DNA from: a virus
Virus record (IMG/VR): IMGVR_UViG_3300047489_000453
Span: 72,788 to 136,787 of that record
Length of the DNA stretch: 64,000 nucleotides
Direction: 5' to 3' (one strand)
Part shown: one piece after another, positions 47,659 to 56,305 of the stretch
How the letters are laid out: every line of letters starts with the position of its first letter
How positions within the stretch are numbered: position 1 is the stretch's first letter
Program-made: the position numbers and the translations under genes
The notes under the pieces: model-generated
The model's database searches: none
Told to the model about the DNA's origin: nothing
The model's input: the letters and a program-made list of their open reading frames with translations, nothing else

Positions 47659-48786
47659 TTAGTAACAATACCGAACTCTTGAATAAGGCGTTATTTGTTC
47701 AATCATATTTTTAAGTTTACCTTTAAGTACTGTCTTATCTGGTCTTGAGTATGAGAGAACGTTGGGCTTATTAGGTTTTGGTGTCAGGCCGAAAGGCCCT
47801 CCAACCATCATGCTATGTGCCTTGGGGGCATAGGCGTTTACCATTTCAAATTGCTTCTCTGAATGAGTGAGAAATATTATCTCATAAGCAAGTTGCTTTT
47901 TTACACCTAAGACAAGCACGTCGTCTATTAGTTTAAGTAAATCGCTATATTCTTTTTCGTAGTTATCTGTGACTACGATAGGTGACAAGTTTAAATGCAC
48001 CTCAAACCCAGCCAAGAACAGCTTATTAGCGGCATTTAACCTGTCTATTATTGGAGCAGTATTCATCTCTAAAATTTTACGATGATGCTCTGGCATCACT
48101 GATAGCCTAATCCTGTGATGACTAGGCCTTACGCAGTTCTTTATAAATGAATCAAAACTTGCAGACTTAGTAGCAAAAGACGTTTTTGCGTTAGGTATGG
48201 CGGATATCTTATTCATAATATCAACAACATGACCTGGAAAATTATCATGAGCTGTGAGCTGGTTGTCCAGTGTACAGTCGCTATCACAGCCTAGATCAAA
48301 AGTAATCCAATCGCCATGCTTAGGGTCTCTGTATTTTTCAAAGTCCCTATGAGTTAGAGATATCATTTTTTCTCTGTAAAACTCTAAGTTGTCCATGGTG
48401 TGTTGCACCATGTTTACAACTTCATAAACATCGCCATATAGTTTTGGGTAGTTATTCAAATAATGACGCTCTGTGTAGCAATAGGTGCAGCCGAAAGCGC
48501 ACCCTTGCGTCATCATAAGGCCCGGCAGAAAATCCGTAGAATTGCCATTAGGATCAGGCTTCCACTTAGCTGCTCTGTGTAGCAAGGCGGCTTTGGTGCC
48601 TTTTTCTCTGAAATGGTCTTTGTATTCTGCGCTTACATTTCCATATTTTGGATTGTAAGCATGCGTGTTTGCTTTAATTATAGATACCCTGGCTTTAGGA
48701 TGTGCCAGAGTCATGTGATTTAAAAGTTCAGAATCAACTTCTTTCTCGCTAACATATAGTTCTTTTACTGATACTTTTTTCTCCAT
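47659..48786 (-). CDS. Spore photoproduct lyase-like radical SAM enzyme
   Basis: GCAFGCTYCY (CxxxCxxC), DLGCDSD, SFATK, RIRLS, E..TA.I.DRL.AA, VHLNLSPIV. Confidence 0.8.
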   Translation of the reverse strand: MEKKVSVKELYVSEKEVDSELLNHMTLAHPKARVSIIKANTHAYNPKYGNVSAEYKDHFREKGTKAALLHRAAKWKPDPNGNSTDFLPGLMMTQGCAFGCTYCYTERHYLNNYPKLYGDVYEVVNMVQHTMDNLEFYREKMISLTHRDFEKYRDPKHGDWITFDLGCDSDCTLDNQLTAHDNFPGHVVDIMNKISAIPNAKTSFATKSASFDSFIKNCVRPSHHRIRLSVMPEHHRKILEMNTAPIIDRLNAANKLFLAGFEVHLNLSPIVVTDNYEKEYSDLLKLIDDVLVLGVKKQLAYEIIFLTHSEKQFEMVNAYAPKAHSMMVGGPFGLTPKPNKPNVLSYSRPDKTVLKGKLKNMIEQITPYSRVRYCY

Positions 48787-48896
48787 ACAAAATTTGTCTC
48801 CTTAAAACTCAAAAGAATGGTACTCGTCTCCTAACGCTCTTTTTGCAGCTTTCTTTACAAGCCTCGTCAAAGTTAGGATGACGAGGCTTTTTAGTA

Positions 48897-49085
48897 TTAG
48901 GGGTTTTCATTAATGCGATCTTCGTGAATGAAATTTTTGCCTACAAATTTAGGGTCAGCGAACATAAAGATGCTGTCCGTAGGAACCAAGTCCTGCTTGA
49001 TGGAGATGCTCCAACGAGCATTCATGAAGAATGCCACATCTTTTTCATGTCTTAATCTCATAGCTTGTTCTTCAGTATGATCCAT
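48897..49085 (-). CDS. Small ORF resembling a fragment of a major capsid protein
   Basis: AGGAG RBS; RWSISIKQDLVPTDSIFMFADPKFVGKNF. Confidence 0.35.
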   Translation of the reverse strand: MDHTEEQAMRLRHEKDVAFFMNARWSISIKQDLVPTDSIFMFADPKFVGKNFIHEDRINENP

Positions 49086-49097
49086 GCGTATTCTCCT

Positions 49098-49277
49098 TTA
49101 ACTCTTACAAAAGGTGTGATCGTCTATGTTAAAAAACAGCTTTGAAAACACAATAGACCTTAGGACGGTCTGTTGTTTTTCTGTTAATCTTTTAAACAGC
49201 TCTCCGCGGCTTTCACCAGAAAGCTGATACATAGCAACAATCAAATTCACCATTTCCTTTTCCTGATAATCTACCAT
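49098..49277 (-). CDS. 59-aa hypothetical protein
   Basis: AAGGAG RBS; MVDYQEKEMVNLIVAMYQLSGESR... Confidence 0.5.
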   Translation of the reverse strand: MVDYQEKEMVNLIVAMYQLSGESRGELFKRLTEKQQTVLRSIVFSKLFFNIDDHTFCKS

Positions 49278-49286
49278 GCTACTCCT

Positions 49287-49535
49287 TTACCGTCGGGGTT
49301 TAGTCGCCGTTGGATTAACCAGCTCAATTACGGGATGGTCGAGGGCGTCCATCATCCTTTGAAGCTGCTGCTTTAAGCCTTCCAGCGACTCACTCCCTAA
49401 CCTAGCTGTCACTCCTATGTGGGAAGGTGCCTTTATGTCGCCTTCTTTGTGCACAACTTCTTCTATTGTGTACCACGGATCTCCACCGTTATACACCTTT
49501 CCAACTTCAAACACCCTGTAGTCCCATGTAAACAT
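49287..49535 (-). CDS. Small phage protein (TWDYRV family), paralogue of 47385..47639
   Basis: Shared motif pattern with 47385..47639. Confidence 0.65.
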   Translation of the reverse strand: MFTWDYRVFEVGKVYNGGDPWYTIEEVVHKEGDIKAPSHIGVTARLGSESLEGLKQQLQRMMDALDHPVIELVNPTATKPRR

Positions 49536-49537
49536 TA

Positions 49538-49786
49538 TTAATCTCCTTCATATTCACAAGAATAGTAATCGCCTTTTAGCGCCCTTTTTACAGCCTTCTT
49601 TACGAGCTTGTGAAACTTGCCGACTATTACTCTTTGCAGTTCCCTTTTTATTAGCTCAAAATTACCGTCGTCTACTAAGTCAGGGTCTAACCCTATGTTC
49701 TTAAGATCCTTGTCTCTAAGACAAATCTTTTTTCCGCCCGGGAATGAGAGGTTTACGTGTCTTTTTTGGGTCCTTTTTTTGGTCAT
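49538..49786 (-). CDS. Hypothetical protein
   Basis: AGGAGG RBS. Confidence 0.6.
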   Translation of the reverse strand: MTKKRTQKRHVNLSFPGGKKICLRDKDLKNIGLDPDLVDDGNFELIKRELQRVIVGKFHKLVKKAVKRALKGDYYSCEYEGD

Positions 49787-49797
49787 AGTAGTCCTCC

Positions 49798-50487
49798 TTA
49801 GTCTAATTTACTTCCATACACGCCGTCATATAGCCTGTAGCAGTACTCCGGTAAACGAACACCGTGTTCGTTCATCAACTTTCTAAACTTTTTGTCGTAA
49901 AACATAACCCTTCTTATTCGCTCAATAGCCAGGCTTTCCAGCTGCCTTATCCTTTCTCTGGTGAGTTCTAAAATGTTTCCAATAGCTTCCAAGGATAGCT
50001 TTTCGTAGATTCTCTTTTTCACTATGTACTGCTGTCTACCATCAAGCTTGGACAACATGTAATTACTAAGACTGCTTGCTTCTCCAAGCTCCAGTAAAAA
50101 ATCCGTAGGCCAGCTGTAGTAGTCTCTACGGTCTTTATGGGCTATGTTGTTTAGCCTTAGTCGGTAAAGTACCTTGGCTTTAAAGTTGTCGTCACGTACC
50201 CCCGACTTTCTATACTTTGCGCTCAAACGATCTGAGTCGGTCTTTATTATCCTAAACACATAACTAAACACCCTAGTCATAAAATAAGTGCTAAACTCAC
50301 CTTTGTTTTTATTCCAGCCCCATAACGCAGTGTTAAATCTTATTAACAAGATTGCCCAATAGTCTTCAGCGTCTCCACCAAACAACTTAGATACCTTTAT
50401 GGCGGCCCAGTATAGAATGCGCTGATACTTTATCCAAGCCTCGTCAAAGTTAGGATGACGAGGCTTTTTAGTATTAGGAGTTTTCAT
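49798..50487 (-). CDS. Sigma70-family RNA polymerase sigma factor
   Basis: Region 2 KGEFSTY; region 4 LSLEAIGNILELTRERIRQLESLAIERIR. Confidence 0.8.
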   Translation of the reverse strand: MKTPNTKKPRHPNFDEAWIKYQRILYWAAIKVSKLFGGDAEDYWAILLIRFNTALWGWNKNKGEFSTYFMTRVFSYVFRIIKTDSDRLSAKYRKSGVRDDNFKAKVLYRLRLNNIAHKDRRDYYSWPTDFLLELGEASSLSNYMLSKLDGRQQYIVKKRIYEKLSLEAIGNILELTRERIRQLESLAIERIRRVMFYDKKFRKLMNEHGVRLPEYCYRLYDGVYGSKLD

Positions 50488-51035
50488 CAGTTATTCGAAA
50501 ACTTTGGAAGTTTATGCATCTTATATAGTGTGTCATCAAACTTATCACGGCAGGACTCGTTAATCGTAAGCTTATCCAACGAAACCACATCGTCACCAAT
50601 GACACTAACTTTGGAAACAAAATCATCCATGCAGGCATCCACGTAAGCACCATAAGAGTCTTTACGCATTACGATTACATCGCCAAATACAGCTGGAATT
50701 AATAATTGGTCATGCATGTCTTGTGGTATTTGATGTTTTAAGATGAACATTGCCACCATGTTCAAATTAGACTCATCGACTACATAATCTCCATGCTCAT
50801 CACGCTCTAGCTCCTTATGAGCACTGCTGGCAAATACCAACTCGTACCCATCATTAATTTTGACTCTTACCAAATCTCTACAATCCAGGTACCTGCAACA
50901 GGCAGCGCTGTATTCACTGTCATCGTTTGGATGTGTAAAGAACTTACACACGGAGCCAGCTATAATCATTGAATCTTTGCTACATTCGCTTTCTTGCGCC
51001 TTAATTACCCCAACACTAACGGATTTCTTACTCAT
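50487..51035 (-). CDS. Hypothetical protein (DUF3846-like)
   Basis: LNMVA...VFGDVIV. Confidence 0.5.
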   Translation of the reverse strand: MSKKSVSVGVIKAQESECSKDSMIIAGSVCKFFTHPNDDSEYSAACCRYLDCRDLVRVKINDGYELVFASSAHKELERDEHGDYVVDESNLNMVAMFILKHQIPQDMHDQLLIPAVFGDVIVMRKDSYGAYVDACMDDFVSKVSVIGDDVVSLDKLTINESCRDKFDDTLYKMHKLPKFSNN

Positions 51036-51082
51036 TGTATTCCTTTCTGCTTTGCTTCAAGGTAATCATACCCTTTGAAAAC

Positions 51083-51203
51083 AAAAGCCCGCCACAACAA
51101 GTGACGGGCCGCACGCAAAACTATAGTCAGTAATAAGATACTTATACACGCGCCTCTCGGCAAGCATGTATAAATAAAAAGCCCGCCACAACGAGTGACG
51201 GGC
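51083..51203 (-). terminator. Two near-identical intrinsic terminators in tandem
   Basis: AAAAGCCCGCCACAACRAGTGACGGGC at 51083-51109 and 51177-51203. Confidence 0.75.
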
Positions 51204-51260
51204 AGCAAGGCTTAGAATCATTGATTATGATATGGCATTCAGCTAACGGGTCAACGTAAA

Positions 51261-52046
51261 TTATAAAGATATTAGAAAAGGATCGATGTCTGAGCCAAGA
51301 GCCTTTAAAGCCTCTTTAGCATATCCCCCAGATCTTTCTTTATCTGAAAGATACTCAAGGGCGCTTTCTCTAAAATCTTTATTGCTTAAAATAAACTTCC
51401 AACGCTCTAAGTAAGCTTCTTCGATCTTTAAGCTGCTTTTAAATCTAGTGTCGACAACATCGTCATCGTTAGTACGAAACTGAATGCTGGCCCTGTAGCG
51501 GCTTCTTGAACTTTTTAATTTTTCAATCTTTATGCCTGGATAGTAGTGTTTATAGAACTTTCTATTTAATGCGTTTTGCCAAGGATCTACAGGTCTTAGG
51601 TTTTCTATATTATCGTTTAGTGAGTTATTGTCTTTATGGTCTATAAATTTATTCGCTATGTCAGCTTTACTGTTATGCAACATGTAAACTATTCTGCTTG
51701 AAAAAAGCCGCATAGGTACCTTGTTTACGGTTAAATAAACTTGGTAGCAGTACCTGTCAATTGTGGCGCTTTCACCAGAAGTTCTAAGACTTCCAGCCGG
51801 CTTACCGGCATTTTCTGTGTTCCAAGCCTGAGACGTTTTGCTATTAGAGAAATGATGACTTGGTCTTTTTTTCCACCTAAGGCACGAAGGCGATGTTTTG
51901 TCGTAAATAAAGCATTCTTCCAAATACTCTACTGGAGGCATGTTCCTAGTTCTTATATTAAATTTTTTGTCTTTCTTTACGACTTGAACCCAATGTTTCA
52001 TGATGGCCTCCGGTGCCTTAAGTGAAAAGATATTAATGCTGCGCAA
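51261..52046 (-). CDS. HNH homing endonuclease (HNH_3-type with AP2-like C-terminus)
   Basis: CLRWK, AGKPAGS, RIVYMLH, IDHKDNNSLNDNIENLR, QNALN. Confidence 0.85.
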   Translation of the reverse strand: MRSINIFSLKAPEAIMKHWVQVVKKDKKFNIRTRNMPPVEYLEECFIYDKTSPSCLRWKKRPSHHFSNSKTSQAWNTENAGKPAGSLRTSGESATIDRYCYQVYLTVNKVPMRLFSSRIVYMLHNSKADIANKFIDHKDNNSLNDNIENLRPVDPWQNALNRKFYKHYYPGIKIEKLKSSRSRYRASIQFRTNDDDVVDTRFKSSLKIEEAYLERWKFILSNKDFRESALEYLSDKERSGGYAKEALKALGSDIDPFLISL

Positions 52047-55000
52047 ACTTTTCAGGTATACCCATGGATTTGCAGTCTTCTTTAGTCAATGGGATTGACC
52101 ACTTTGTAAAAACTTCAGTGGCTATTCCAAGATTGTAAGGACCGCTATCTCCACTCCTACGTGTACCGTCCAAGTGGCATGAATATATATCAACTTTATT
52201 GCTCATGCAAGAGGGTAATACGTTTTCTACCACCCAAGACACGCACTCATAAGGTACTTCTAATATTACAGCGTCGTGTACCTGCAATATTATGTCATAC
52301 CACATACCTGATGGAGCAGATTTTCTATACTCGTAAATATGGTCAAGAGCCCTAGACATTGCGTCAGCAACGCAGGACTGAATAGGGAAGTTCATGCTTT
52401 GTCTTTCATACTCAGCAATTACCGACCTATCCGTAGTAGGAGCAAACCTCCTGTATCTTCCAAACGCATTACATACCCAGCCTGGGGTCTTTACCCTTGA
52501 TTTACATTCTTGAAAATATACTGGTAGCGCAGGATACATGGCGACTAGACCATTTATTAAATCTTGAGCTTCATTGACAGATATCTCAACGCCTTCTTGT
52601 TTTGCTTTTCTGGCTGTAGACTCCGCTCCTTGGCCGTAAGCGTATCCAAATACCACAGCCTTGGCTGCTGTTCTCAAGCCGGACTTGCCTGCCTCTTTTA
52701 ATCCTTTCTTGGTTGGCGGGCAGGAGAGCTTAAAGGTATTAACAGCAACATTGCTATGGATGTCGTAATAGTCAGGATCAGACTCTGGAAGATTGGCTCT
52801 CATGACATGGTTAATCATGTTCTTATCGCCTGATTGCCAGGCCATAATAGCCAGTTCTGCACCTGTATAATCAGCCTCGACAAGAACATGCCCAGGTCTT
52901 GCGCTTATAGCAGATCTGAGAGGATAAGAGTATTCAAGGGACAAACTTGGACCGTGAGCAGAAAATATAGCCTTGTATCTGTCTTCTATAGTCTTGCCAA
53001 GGTTCTGCATATTGGGCCTGGAAGAAGACGCCCTTCCAGTTTCTTTGGTCTGCGAGAACATTGACCTGACTCTGTTATCAGAATGTATATAGGACAGCAG
53101 ACCTTTTTCGTATACAAGGTCGCCGTCGTCATCGACCATCTCCATCCCGTCTTTATCGCACTCAGGCGGCCTAAGCACGGTTGTCTTAAGGTAGTGCAGT
53201 GCCCTGACATCCCTTAGGGCTGACACAACTGGGTTTCCGTCAGACAGTATGGTTAGAGATTCTTTATCGGTGGCTGGGGAATATAAATGATCTATTCCTC
53301 TGCCTACAAGCTCAGACCAGAGCTTTCCCTTTGAGCCTGTTCCAGTGCTTTTATACGGCTGTATATTCAGGGAAACAGCCTCTTCAGGTCTTAGTCTGAT
53401 AGACGCCCCAGAGGCGTCTCTTTTACCTGAATACTTTTCACCAAACAGCAACTCTCTTTTATGAAATGTGCTAGACGCGTTGAAGTCCGGCCATTTTATC
53501 ATAGCTCTGAGCTTATCTAACAAGCTTTCATGCAAAGTATCATAAAGCTCTGTTAGTTCGCTTACTCTGGCTTGGTCTATTAGTATTCCCTTCTGTCTCA
53601 TCTCTATGAACGCTGGGTACGCTCTCATAGATAACCAGAAAGGAAGTCTACAGTTATTTCCGTACTTATCTTTGTCCAGCTTGCCTGGCTGATCTCCTAT
53701 GCCGTTGTAAAAGTCATATAATCTTCTAGTCACATCGGCATCATAGCAGCCGTAAGGTATAATAACCTCGTCAGGGCATTCTCCATAACCTTCAAGAGCA
53801 GAGTCTTTAATTCCTTTCTCTTTGCAGTGCTTTTTACGCCATTCGGTTACAGGGCCTTCCCATCTTGGCACGTTGCAGTAACGTACAGCCTGTTCTTCTA
53901 GGTTGAACACATCGGTCTCGTTTACAGCATGCGCCGCAAGCAGAGTGTCGAAGCCGCCCTCAAACTTGGTCTTTTCAAAACCAAATTTAAACGCCGCCAT
54001 ATCGTCATCAGAAATAACAGTAGAGAAGTCATCGTCATTTGGAGCTTCAAATATTGAAGTAAGATCCACTCCAAGCGACTTCATCCATGGTAAATCTGCT
54101 GTTAGATAGTGTCCTACTACCCTTACCTTTCTTCCATCTTTTGGAAAGAATATCTGATTAAGTATTTCCTTAAGCCTATCCATGCCGCCACCAAACACTA
54201 CTCCGCCTCCAGCTTTATTAACAACAATACTGCAGGCTACCTTTGGCTTCCAAGAAAGTTGAAGAGTTCTGACGTAGGCATTTTTTTCTGTAGGCCATTC
54301 TCCATTCCATTCTAAATCTATTGCTATTACAGGGTTAGGTTCATTTAGTATTTCTTCGGCTATTAAGGCTAGCTCGGCGTCTGACCTTATATCCATGTGA
54401 GATATGTCTGTTTCGTTAGATAGAAACTCTCTTCCGTTGCAAAGCGCTGCAAAGTGCTCTATTGAGGAGGACAACCTGTCAGAGTGTTCAGGATATCTAA
54501 GAACATATGACGGGTTAACAGCAGCTACTGCTTTAGCCACATGGGTTGTTCCGTCGATACAAGGAATCTCTATATCAAATACTTTACCGACGGCGTCTGA
54601 TAGTTTTTTATCCCTGCCGGCAACAGCTTTAAGAGCTTCATCCCCTGTCAGTAGAATGAAGTCAGGCTTAGCTAGCATAAGCTCTAGTTTTAGTATTGGA
54701 GAGCAATTATTTACCCATACCGATTTTAGTCCGTTTGAAGACGGGTCAAGGGTCTTATGCTTTATTACATTTGTAAGGTAGAAGTCTGCCTTATCAAAGC
54801 CGTGCTGTTCAAGCAGGCTCCACAAGTAATCTCCATTAATACCGTAATTTATACGTCCGGCATTTATATCCTGGTCGATAGGGGCTTTTCCTATGACCAT
54901 GTATTTAAACTTTCTAAACGGCCCAGGCTTGGAATTTGTAAGCCAGCACGCGCCAGGCACCATTCTTGCTTCCAGTATGTTTCCATTAAACATCACAGGA

Positions 55001-55242
55001 AGCATAAAAGTGTTGTCATATAGGGTGCGAAAATATAGGAAGTCAAGATAGGCATCAACCATCATCTCGTCTCTTTCGCCGGATCTAGACGGATTTGCTA
55101 ATAGCTCAGCCATTTGGCTAAAATCAGGTCCTGTTTTAGGGAACAGGCCTTTATGTTCACTTGTATAAATAAAAGGCCAGTCCTTTAATGGTCCGGCCTT
55201 TTCTATCTTAAGTATGAAATTATTAAAAGTAAGATCATGCAT
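52033..55242 (-). CDS. polA: Family A DNA polymerase with N-terminal uracil-DNA-glycosylase-like and 3'-5' exonuclease domains
   Basis: TGRASSSRPNMQN, ADYTGAEL, R..AK...FG..YG, QVHD; exonuclease DLE and YGCYD; UDG-like IGKAP, YLTNVIK, NPSY. Confidence 0.92.
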   Translation of the reverse strand: MHDLTFNNFILKIEKAGPLKDWPFIYTSEHKGLFPKTGPDFSQMAELLANPSRSGERDEMMVDAYLDFLYFRTLYDNTFMLPVMFNGNILEARMVPGACWLTNSKPGPFRKFKYMVIGKAPIDQDINAGRINYGINGDYLWSLLEQHGFDKADFYLTNVIKHKTLDPSSNGLKSVWVNNCSPILKLELMLAKPDFILLTGDEALKAVAGRDKKLSDAVGKVFDIEIPCIDGTTHVAKAVAAVNPSYVLRYPEHSDRLSSSIEHFAALCNGREFLSNETDISHMDIRSDAELALIAEEILNEPNPVIAIDLEWNGEWPTEKNAYVRTLQLSWKPKVACSIVVNKAGGGVVFGGGMDRLKEILNQIFFPKDGRKVRVVGHYLTADLPWMKSLGVDLTSIFEAPNDDDFSTVISDDDMAAFKFGFEKTKFEGGFDTLLAAHAVNETDVFNLEEQAVRYCNVPRWEGPVTEWRKKHCKEKGIKDSALEGYGECPDEVIIPYGCYDADVTRRLYDFYNGIGDQPGKLDKDKYGNNCRLPFWLSMRAYPAFIEMRQKGILIDQARVSELTELYDTLHESLLDKLRAMIKWPDFNASSTFHKRELLFGEKYSGKRDASGASIRLRPEEAVSLNIQPYKSTGTGSKGKLWSELVGRGIDHLYSPATDKESLTILSDGNPVVSALRDVRALHYLKTTVLRPPECDKDGMEMVDDDGDLVYEKGLLSYIHSDNRVRSMFSQTKETGRASSSRPNMQNLGKTIEDRYKAIFSAHGPSLSLEYSYPLRSAISARPGHVLVEADYTGAELAIMAWQSGDKNMINHVMRANLPESDPDYYDIHSNVAVNTFKLSCPPTKKGLKEAGKSGLRTAAKAVVFGYAYGQGAESTARKAKQEGVEISVNEAQDLINGLVAMYPALPVYFQECKSRVKTPGWVCNAFGRYRRFAPTTDRSVIAEYERQSMNFPIQSCVADAMSRALDHIYEYRKSAPSGMWYDIILQVHDAVILEVPYECVSWVVENVLPSCMSNKVDIYSCHLDGTRRSGDSGPYNLGIATEVFTKWSIPLTKEDCKSMGIPEKFAQH

Positions 55243-56293
55243 CTGGCCACTCCGTAAGATAATCTGATGTGGTTTTTATTCCTGCTGATTCAAGGTTATA
55301 GTGGAGACGACTCCACAATTCTTTTTTAAGAGAGCCTGGATCCTCGTCTCCAGTCATTTTAATCTTAGTAACAAATGACCTAGGGGCAACCTGTTGTATT
55401 TTTACAACTAGGCTATCAGCTTTTTCGCTGGCATCGGCGTCCAAGGCCACTGCTATTGGCTTTCCGTTAAAGAATTTACCTATTGTTGATAGCTGGCTGT
55501 GGCTGCAGTCACTGCCAAATATGGCAACTCCTGCCGGGCCTATTGACCAAACATCTGCTGGGCCTTCGCATACGACAAGAACGCCATGATTAACGGCGTT
55601 ATCTATGTTATACAGCAGGGTAGACTTTCTCATTCCAGAAGGGTTTATATACTTCTGTTTAGACTTATCAGGGTCGGATTTTATTATTCTGGCCTGGTAA
55701 CCCATTAACTTTCCAGCCTGATATATTGGTATATACAGGCGTTCTTTTAATATAGGTATGCCCTGGTCAGTTATCCAACCAACTCCTAGGTACTTCTCTA
55801 AAACAGACGGGTTGTATCCTCTTGATTTTAAATATTGTATGGCATCGTGAGATTCAGGCAAAGAACTTAAGTTAACGCAGGCTAGCGGAGTAACGAACTC
55901 TCTATTTTCAATAGCATCCGCTTCGCCCGCTCTAACTTTTTTAACCGGCAAAGACAGCCTGGCCGTAGTTCCAAAAAGCCAAACGTGAAGCTGATCTAGT
56001 CTGCTCTTACCTACGTCGCCTTTTGTGCAGGCTGTCTCGTTAAAGCAATTTGCCATAAACCTGTTTTCAAACCATCTATGATTTATATAAAGCCTATGCC
56101 TAGTGTCATTGCACCACGGGCAGCAGACTCTATAATGCTCTCCGCTTACGACTGGAGTTTCTCTTCCAGAGCTGTCAACTCTGGTAACCATTTGAACTCC
56201 TCTATTGGCTACTAGAACACTTTTAAATAATTTTTTTAATTTAAAGTATAGTTCAGGGCATAATACGTCATCTTTGTTAACTGACATGTACAT
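55235..56293 (-). CDS. DNA primase (Zn ribbon plus TOPRIM)
   Basis: CCPWC...C..C, GYQAR, KYIN, VCEGPAD, LDADA, DPG. Confidence 0.88.
   Translation of the reverse strand: MYMSVNKDDVLCPELYFKLKKLFKSVLVANRGVQMVTRVDSSGRETPVVSGEHYRVCCPWCNDTRHRLYINHRWFENRFMANCFNETACTKGDVGKSRLDQLHVWLFGTTARLSLPVKKVRAGEADAIENREFVTPLACVNLSSLPESHDAIQYLKSRGYNPSVLEKYLGVGWITDQGIPILKERLYIPIYQAGKLMGYQARIIKSDPDKSKQKYINPSGMRKSTLLYNIDNAVNHGVLVVCEGPADVWSIGPAGVAIFGSDCSHSQLSTIGKFFNGKPIAVALDADASEKADSLVVKIQQVAPRSFVTKIKMTGDEDPGSLKKELWSRLHYNLESAGIKTTSDYLTEWPDA
55301..55316. repeat. Dispersed 16-bp palindrome copy (15/16)
   Basis: GTGGAGACGACTCCAC inside the primase gene. Confidence 0.85.
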
Positions 56294-56305
56294 AACTAAC
56301 CTTTC

